NCBI GenBank assembly: GCA_965235115.1
Contig: OZ249436.1
Coordinates: forward strand, 2,544,001 to 2,608,000
Length of the DNA stretch: 64,000 bases
Reading direction: 5' to 3'
From: Laetmonice hystrix
Lineage: Eukaryota
Shown here piece after piece: positions 1 to 7,941 of the stretch; position 1 is the first letter of the stretch, and each line of letters opens with the position of its first letter. Under the pieces are notes generated by a model. The model was not told the origin of the DNA and did not search any database. It saw only the letters and a program-made list of their open reading frames with translations. Made by a program: the position numbers and the translations under genes.

Positions 1-293
1 TACATTTTTGATGCGTCAAATTGAAACTAAGCCTCCCAAAATTATGATTCTTAGGCCAGATGTACGACTGTCAAACGTATAGGTCTCGTACGTTCGCTAC
101 AGATATATGGTTGTGATGTGTACACTTCCCATTTGAGCATGTTCTCCAGATTTTAACATTAGATGCTCCTCGCCTGTACCTTTCATTTCCACTACCTCAC
201 TGTAGTGTTTGCACCTTTCATTAGGCCAGCCGGTAAGATTTAACGATTTTCCACTCTACTGGTTGGCCTTCCCCACTGCTTGGCCCCACAGCA

Positions 294-341
294 TACTGTT
301 TGGCCTCACTGTAGGCCTACTCTTTGGCCTCACTGTAGTGT
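294..341 (+). repeat. Internal 24-bp tandem subrepeat (TACTSTTTGGCCTCACTGTAG...) within the monomer
   Basis: TACTGTTTGGCCTCACTGTAGGCC (294-317) is followed by TACTCTTTGGCCTCACTGTAGTGT (318-341). A third CCTCACTGTAG lies at 195-205. Confidence 0.9.
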
Positions 342-668
342 TCGCTTGGGTGCTAGGCCAGACAGTATACCTTGTAGCCATTCCTCCCTGTACTGTTTGG
401 TCTTCCTCTACCGTTTGCTTGTATACAAGAGTAGCCAGTAGTATAGGGACGCCTCATGTTTCATGTTTCCATGCCTTTATTGTCCAGGAGGAAGGCCATC
501 CGTTTCGTCTATCAATTACTCCCATCTAATCTATGTCCCCTACAGACCATCTGTAAACGTCCGACAATGTTGTCAGGTCGTCCCAATGACTGTTTGCCGT
601 AAGGCTTTAGTTAACAATGGAAAATGACGTTGTACGCCTTTTCTATATCAGATATCCCATCCCCAAGT

Positions 669-682
669 AACAAACAAACAAA
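669..682 (+). repeat. Short (AACA)n microsatellite, one per monomer
   Basis: AACAAACAAACAAA; I saw no length variation among copies. Confidence 0.85.
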
Positions 683-743
683 GGAAGGTTACCGAGATTT
701 TGCAGGCAAGAAACACCAGGGTGCAGCACAACTGCACTGAAGC

Positions 744-756
744 GGGGGGGGGGGGG
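744..756 (+). repeat. Poly-G tract, one per monomer, about 9-16 G
   Basis: G13 at 744-756, G15 at 6071-6085, G16 at 23550-23565, G9 at 48331-48339. Confidence 0.95.
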
Positions 757-868
757 CACTCCGACTGCACTGCTACCTTCCGGCTAGCGGTGGAATCACC
801 ACGTACTGGCAGGCACCTGTGGCTCTGAGGCGAGAGACAGGTTAGGGCAATGATAAGCGAAAAATGGC

Positions 869-1481
869 TACATTTTTGATGCGTCAAATTTAAACTAAGC
901 GTCCCAAAATTATGATTCTTAAGCCAGATGTACGACTGTCAAACATATAGGTCTCGTACGTTCGCTACAGCTATATGGTTCTGATGTGTACACTTCCCAT
1001 TTGAGCATGTTCTCCAGATTTTAACATTAAATGCTCCTCGCCTGTACCTTTCATTTCCACTACCTCACTGTAGTGTTTGCACCTTTCATTAGGCCAGTCG
1101 GTAAGATTTAAGGATTTCTCACTCTACTGGTTGGCCTTCCCCACTGCTTGGCCCCACAGTGTACTGTTTGGCCTCACTGTAGGCCTACTCTTAGGCCTTA
1201 CTGTAGTGTTTGCCGTAAAGCTTTAGTTAACAATGGAAAATGACGTTGTACGCCTTTTCTATATCAGATATCCCATCCCCATGTAACAAACAAACAAAGG
1301 AAGGTTACCGAGATTTTGCAGGCAAGAAACACCAGGGTGCAGCACAACTGCACTGAAGGGGGGGGGGGGGTCTCCGACTGCACTGCTACCTTGCGGCTAG
1401 CGGTGGAATCACCACGTACTGGCAGGCACCTGTGGCTCTGAGGCGAGAGACAGGTTAAGGCAATGATAAGCGAAAAATGGC
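869..1481. repeat. Representative type B monomer (613 bp, 252-bp internal deletion)
   Basis: Junction CTGTAGTGTT|TGCCGTAAAG at 1201-1220 joins monomer positions ~342 and ~595. The same junction occurs in monomers starting at 3226, 5582, 14029, 17240, 21330, 25419, 28632, 30973, 34196, 37402 and 63226. Confidence 0.96.
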
Positions 1482-2347
1482 TACATTTTTTATGCGTCAA
1501 ATTGAAACTAAGCCCCCCAAAATTATTATTCTTAGGCCAGATGTACGACTGTCAAACGTATAGGTCTCGTACGTTCGCTACAGATATATGGTTGTGATGT
1601 GTACACTTCGCATTTGAGTATCTTCTCCAGATGTTAACATTAGATGCTCCTCGCCTGTACCTTTCATTTCCACTACCTCACTGTAGTGTTTGCATGGGTA
1701 CTAGGCCAGCCGGTAAGATTTAATGATTTCTCACTCTACTGGTTGGCCTTCCCCACTGCTTGGCCCCACAGTGTACTGTTTGGCCTCACTGTAGGCCTAC
1801 TCTTTGGCCTCACTGTAGTGTTCGCTTGGGTGCTAGGCCAGACAGTATACTTTGTAGCGATTCCTCCCTTACTGTTTGGTCTTCCTCTACCGTTTGCTTG
1901 TATACAAGAGTAGCCAGTAGTATAGGGACGCCTCATGTTTCATGTTTCCATGCCTTTATTGTCCAGGAGGAAGGCCATCCGTTTCGTCTATCAATTACTC
2001 CCATCTAATCTATGTCCCCTCCCGACCATCTGTAGGCGTCCGACAACGTTGTCAGGTCGTCCCAATGACTGTTTGCCGTAAAGCTTTAGTTAACAATGGA
2101 AAATGACGTTGTACGCCTTTTCTATATCAGAAATCCCATCCCCAAGTAACAAACAAACAAAGGAAGGTTACCGAGATTTTGCCGGCAAGAAACACCAGGG
2201 TGCAGCACAACTGCACTGAAGCGGAGGGGGGGGGGGTCCCCGACTGCACTGCTACCTTGCGGCTAGCGGTGGAATCACCACGTACTGGCAGGCACCTGCG
2301 GCTCTGAGGCGAGAGACAGGTTAAGGCAATGATAAGCGAAAAATGGC
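1482..2347. repeat. Representative type C monomer (866 bp)
   Basis: Diagnostic alleles: GCATGGGTACTAGG, TTTGTAGCGATT, CAGAAATCCC, TTTGCCGGC, CGGA(G)nTCCCCG. Confidence 0.93.
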
Positions 2348-3225
2348 TACATTTTTGATGCGTCAAATTGAAACTAAGCGTCCCAAAATTATGATTCTTA
2401 GGCCAGATGTACGACTGTCAAACGTATAGGTCTCGTACGTTCGCTACAGGTATACGGTTGTGATGTGTACACTTCGCATTTGAGTATCTTCTCCAGATGT
2501 TAACATTAGATGCTCCTCGCCTGTACCTTTCATTTCCACTACCTCACTGTAGTGTTTGCACCTTTCATTAGGCCAGCCGGTAAGATTTAACGATTTTCCA
2601 CTCTACTGGTTGGCCTTCCCCACTGCTTGGCCCCACAGCATACTGTTTGGCCTCACTGTAGGCCTACTCTTTGGCCTCACTGTAGTGTTCGCTTGGGTGC
2701 TAGGCCAGACGGTATACCTTGTAGCCATTCCTCCCTGTACTGTTTGGTCTTCCTCTACCGTTTGCTTGTATACAAGGGTAGCCAGTAGTATAGGGACGCC
2801 TCATGTTTCATGTTTCCATGCCTTTATTGTCCAGGACGAAGGCCATCCGTTTCGTCTATCATCTACTCCCATCTAATCTATGTCCCCCACAGACCATCTG
2901 TAAGCATCCGACAACGTTGTCAGGTCGTCCCAATGACTGTTTGCCGTAAAGCTTTAGTTAACAATGGAAAATGACGTTGTACGCCTTTTCTATATCAGAT
3001 ATCCCATCCCCAAGTAACAAACAAACAAAGGAAGGTTACCGAGATTTTGCAGGCAAGAAACACCAGGGTGCAGCACAACTGCACCGAAGCGGGGGGGGGG
3101 GGTCTCCGACTGCACTGCTACCTTCCGGCTAGCGGTGGAATCACCACGTACTGGCAGGCACCTATGGCTCTGAGGCGAGAGACAGGTTAAGGCAATGCGA
3201 AAAATGCGAATAAGCGAAAAATGGC
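2348..3225. repeat. Representative type D+ monomer (878 bp, with 12-bp insertion)
   Basis: Diagnostic alleles: CAGGACGAAG, TATCATCTAC, TAAGCATCC, GCACCGAAG, ACCTATGG. Insertion CGAAAAATGCGA at 3198-3209. Confidence 0.93.
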
Positions 3226-6200
3226 TACATTTTTGATGCGTCAAATTGAAACTAAGCCTCCCAAAATTATGATTCTTAGGCCAGATGTACGACTGTCAAA
3301 CGTATAGGTCTCGTACGTTCGCTACAGCTATATGGTTCTGATGTGTACACTTCCCATTTAAACATGTTCTCCAGATTTTAACATTAAATGCTCCTCGCCT
3401 GTACCTTTCATTTCCACTACCTCACTGTAGTGTTTGCACCTTTCATTAGGCCAGTCGGTAAGATTTAAGGATTTCTCACTCTACTGGTTGGCCTTCCCCA
3501 CTGCTTGGCCCCACAGTGTACTGTTTGGCCTCACTGTAGGCCTACTCTTAGGCCTTACTGTAGTGTTTGCCGTAAAGCTTTAGTTAACAATGGAAAATGA
3601 CGTTGTACGCCTTTTCTATATCAGATATCCCATCCCCATGTAACAAACAAACAAAGGAAGGTTACCGAGATTTTGCAGGCAAGAAACACCAGGGTGCAGC
3701 ACAACTGCACTGAAGGGGGGGGGGGGTCTCCGACTGCACTGCTACCTTGCGGCTAGCGGTGGAATCACCACGTACTGGCAGGCACCTGTGGCTCTGAGGC
3801 GAGAGACAGGTTAAGGCAATGATAAGCGAAAAATGGCTACATTTTTTATGCGTCAAATTGAAACTAAGCCCCCCAAAATTATTATTCTTAGGCCAGATGT
3901 ACGACTGTCAAACGTATAGGTCTCGTACGTTCGCTACAGATATATGGTTGTGATGTGTACACTTCGCATTTGAGTATCTTCTCCAGATGTTAACATTAGA
4001 TGCTCCTCGCCTGTACCTTTCATTTCCACTACCTCACTGTAGTGTTTGCATGGGTACTAGGCCAGCCGGTAAGATTTAATGATTTCTCACTCTACTGGTT
4101 GGCCTTCCCCACTGCTTGGCCCCACAGTGTACTGTTTGGCCTCACTGTAGGCCTACTCTTTGGCCTCACTGTAGTGTTCGCTTGGGTGCTAGGCCAGACA
4201 GTATACTTTGTAGCGATTCCTCCCTTACTGTTTGGTCTTCCTCTACCGTTTGCTTGTATACAAGAGTAGCCAGTAGTATAGGGACGCCTCATGTTTCATG
4301 TTTCCATGCCTTTATTGTCCAGGAGGAAGGCCATCCGTTTCGTCTATCAATTACTCCCATCTAATCTATGTCCCCTCCCGACCATCTGTAGGCGTCCGAC
4401 AACGTTGTCAGGTCGTCCCAATGACTGTTTGCCGTAAAGCTTTAGTTAACAATGGAAAATGACGTTGTACGCCTTTTCTATATCAGAAATCCCATCCCCA
4501 AGTAACAAACAAACAAAGGAAGGTTACCGAGATTTTGCCGGCAAGAAACACCAGGGTGCAGCACAACTGCACTGAAGCGGAGGGGGGGGGGGTCCCCGAC
4601 TGCACTGCTACCTTGCGGCTAGCGGTGGAATCACCACGTACTGGCAGGCACCTGCGGCTCTGAGGCGAGAGACAGGTTAAGGCAATGATAAGCGAAAAAT
4701 GGCTACATTTTTGATGCGTCAAATTGAAACTAAGCGTCCCAAAATTATGATTCTTAGGCCAGATGTACGACTGTCAAACGTATAGGTCTCGTACGTTCGC
4801 TACAGGTATACGGTTGTGATGTGTACACTTCGCATTTGAGTATCTTCTGCAGATGTTAACATTAGATGCTCCTCGCCTGTACCTTTCATTTCCACTACCT
4901 CACTGTAGTGTTTGCACCTTTCATTAGGCCAGCCGGTAAGATTTAACGATTTTCCACTCTACTGGTTGGCCTTCCCCACTGCTTGGCCCCACAGCATACT
5001 GTTTGGCCTCACTGTAGGCCTACTCTTTGGCCTCACTGTAGTGTTCGCTTGGGTGCTAGGCCAGACGGTATACCTTGTAGCCATTCCTCCCTGTACTGTT
5101 TGGTCTTCCTCTACCGTTTGCTTGTATACAAGGGTAGCCAGTAGTATAGGGACGCCTCATGTTTCATGTTTCCATGCCTTTATTGTCCAGGACGAAGGCC
5201 ATCCGTTTCGTCTATCATCTACTCCCATCTAATCTATGTCCCCCACAGACCATCTGTAAGCATCCGACAACGTTGTCAGGTCGTCCCAATGACTGTTTGC
5301 CGTAAAGCTTTAGTTAACAATGGAAAATGACGTTGTACGCCTTTTCTATATCAGATATCCCATCCCCAAGTAACAAACAAACAAAGGAAGGTTACCGAGA
5401 TTTTGCAGGCAAGAAACACCAGGGTGCAGCACAACTGCACCGAAGCGGGGGGGGGGGGTCTCCGACTGCACTGCTACCTTCCGGCTAGCGGTGGAATCAC
5501 CACGTACTGGCAGGCACCTATGGCTCTGAGGCGAGAGACAGGTTAAGGCAATGCGAAAAATGCGAATAAGCGAAAAATGGCTACATTTTTGATGCGTCAA
5601 ATTGAAACTAAGCCTCCCAAAATTATGATTCTTAGGCCAGATGTACGACTGTCAAACGTATAGGTCTCGTACGTTCGCTACAGCTATATGGTTCTGATGT
5701 GTACACTTCCCATTTAAACATGTTCTCCAGATTTTAACATTAAATGCTCCTCGCCTGTACCTTTCATTTCCACTACCTCACTGTAGTGTTTGCACCTTTC
5801 ATTAGGCCAGTCGGTAAGATTTAAGGATTTCTCACTCTACTGGTTGGCCTTCCCCACTGCTTGGCCCCACAGTGTACTGTTTGGCCTCACTGTAGGCCTA
5901 CTCTTAGGCCTTACTGTAGTGTTTGCCGTAAAGCTTTAGTTAACAATGGAAAATGACGTTGTACGCCTTTTCTATATCAGATATCCCATCCCCATGTAAC
6001 AAACAAACAAAGGAAGGTTACCGAGATTTTGCAGGCAAGAAACACCAGGGTGCAGCACAACTGCACTGAAGGGGGGGGGGGGGGGTCTCCGACTGCACTG
6101 CTACCTTGCGGCTAGCGGTGGAATCACCACGTACTGGCAGGCACCTGTGGCTCTGAGGCGAGAGACAGGTTAAGGCAATGATAAGCGAAAAATGGCTACA

Positions 6201-7941
6201 TTTTTTATGCGTCAAATTGAAACTAAGCCCCCCAAAATTATTATTCTTAGGCCAGATGTACGACTGTCAAACGTATAGGTCTCGTACGTTCGCTACAGAT
6301 ATATGGTTGTGATGTGTACACTTCGCATTTGAGTATCTTCTCCAGATGTTAACATTAGATGCTCCTCGCCTGTACCTTTCATTTCCACTACCTCACTGTA
6401 GTGTTTGCATGGGTACTAGGCCAGCCGGTAAGATTTAATGATTTCTCACTCTACTGGTTGGCCTTCCCCACTGCTTGGCCCCACAGTGTACTGTTTGGCC
6501 TCACTGTAGGCCTACTCTTTGGCCTCACTGTAGTGTTCGCTTGGGTGCTAGGCCAGACAGTATACTTTGTAGCGATTCCTCCCTTACTGTTTGGTCTTCC
6601 TCTACCGTTTGCTTGTATACAAGAGTAGCCAGTAGTATAGGGACGCCTCATGTTTCATGTTTCCATGCCTTTATTGTCCAGGAGGAAGGCCATCCGTTTC
6701 GTCTATCAATTACTCCCATCTAATCTATGTCCCCTCCCGACCATCTGTAGGCGTCCGACAACGTTGTCAGGTCGTCCCAATGACTGTTTGCCGTAAAGCT
6801 TTAGTTAACAATGGAAAATGACGTTGTACGCCTTTTCTATATCAGAAATCCCATCCCCAAGTAACAAACAAACAAAGGAAGGTTACCGAGATTTTGCCGG
6901 CAAGAAACACCAGGGTGCAGCACAACTGCACTGAAGCGGAGGGGGGGGGGGTCCCCGACTGCACTGCTACCTTGCGGCTAGCGGTGGAATCACCACGTAC
7001 TGGCAGGCACCTGCGGCTCTGAGGCGAGAGACAGGTTAAGGCAATGATAAGCGAAAAATGGCTACATTTTTGATGCGTCAAATTGAAACTAAGCGTCCCA
7101 AAATTATGATTCTTAGGCCAGATGTACGACTGTCAAACGTATAGGTCTCGTACGTTCGCTACAGGTATACGGTTGTGATGTGTACACTTCGCATTTGAGT
7201 ATCTTCTGCAGATGTTAACATTAGATGCTCCTCGCCTGTACCTTTCATTTCCACTACCTCACTGTAGTGTTTGCACCTTTCATTAGGCCAGCCGGTAAGA
7301 TTTAACGATTTTCCACTCTACTGGTTGGCCTTCCCCACTGCTTGGCCCCACAGCATACTGTTTGGCCTCACTGTAGGCCTACTCTTTGGCCTCACTGTAG
7401 TGTTCGCTTGGGTGCTAGGCCAGACGGTATACCTTGTAGCCATTCCTCCCTGTACTGTTTGGTCTTCCTCTACCGTTTGCTTGTATACAAGGGTAGCCAG
7501 TAGTATAGGGACGCCTCATGTTTCATGTTTCCATGCCTTTATTGTCCAGGACGAAGGCCATCCGTTTCGTCTATCATCTACTCCCATCTAATCTATGTCC
7601 CCCACAGACCATCTGTAAGCATCCGACAACGTTGTCAGGTCGTCCCAATGACTGTTTGCCGTAAAGCTTTAGTTAACAATGGAAAATGACGTTGTACGCC
7701 TTTTCTATATCAGATATCCCATCCCCAAGTAACAAACAAACAAAGGAAGGTTACCGAGATTTTGCAGGCAAGAAACACCAGGGTGCAGCACAACTGCACC
7801 GAAGCGGGGGGGGGGGGGTCTCCGACTGCACTGCTACCTTCCGGCTAGTGGTGGAATCACCACGTACTGGCAGGCACCTATGGCTCTGAGGCGAGAGACA
7901 GGTTAAGGCAATGCGAAAAATGCGAATAAGCGAAAAATGGC

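Larger units (their letters stand above)
1..868. repeat. Representative type A monomer (868 bp)
   Basis: Diagnostic alleles: GACAATGTTG, GTAAGGCTT, (G)nCACTCC after poly-G, GTTAGGGCAA (the last copy has GTTAAGGCAA). Other A copies start at 13163, 16374, 20463, 24554, 27764, 30108, 33331, 36537 and 62360. Confidence 0.93.
869..7941. repeat. HOR domain 1: (B-C-D+) x3, period ~2356-2360 bp
   Basis: B monomers start at 869, 3226 and 5582, each followed by C then D+. Confidence 0.92.

Noticed and set aside
50..105. tRNA-like fragment (TACG-A-CTGTCAA-A-CGTA arm, AGGTC, GTTCG)
   Set aside because: No acceptor stem, D arm or paired T stem, and the B box is imperfect. tRNAscan-SE would settle it.
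142..238. Possible repeated exon (TTCTCCAG acceptor ... CG|GTAAGA donor)
   Set aside because: The length would be 83 nt in A/B/D and 82 nt in C, so no consistent reading frame. Such motifs arise by chance, and there is no transcript evidence.
209..529. Recurrent 106-aa hydrophobic ORF, and the 82/89/66-aa ORFs in C monomers
   Set aside because: It starts at TTG, is frameshifted in C and truncated in B, and its FGLTV repeat only mirrors the 24-bp DNA subrepeat. I recognise no domain, and recurrence is explained by DNA identity.
765..790. Minus-strand CCGGAAGGTAGCAG resembling SRP RNA helix 8 (CAGGUCCGGAAGGAAGCAG)
   Set aside because: The conserved 5' CAGG side of the internal loop is missing (GCUA instead), and I see no long SRP helix 5.
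161..870. Self-cleaving ribozyme as in newt, schistosome or cricket satellites
   Set aside because: I found no hammerhead CTGANGA core on either strand (nearest are CTGAGGC, CTGAAGC, CTGATGT, CTGATAT). The HDV-like TCCTCGC at 167-173 lacks supporting P1-P3 pairing.
850..872. Minus-strand GTAGCCATTTT matching the core of the dinoflagellate spliced leader (DCCGTAGCCATTTTGGCTCAAG)
   Set aside because: Only 11 contiguous nt match. The flanks differ (…TCGCTTATC), and no AG|GT donor follows.
870..880. Sm-site-like ATTTTTGA, suggesting an snRNA or SL RNA array
   Set aside because: It is preceded by C rather than a purine and is mutated to ATTTTTTA/T in many copies. I recognised no U1, U2, U4, U5, U6 or 5S sequence.
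648..887. Minus-strand 64-104-aa ORFs (MTHQKCSH...) as a phase-variable gene switched by poly-C
   Set aside because: TTG start, no recognisable product, and all three downstream frames are short. The frame changes follow homopolymer length, which may partly be sequencing error.
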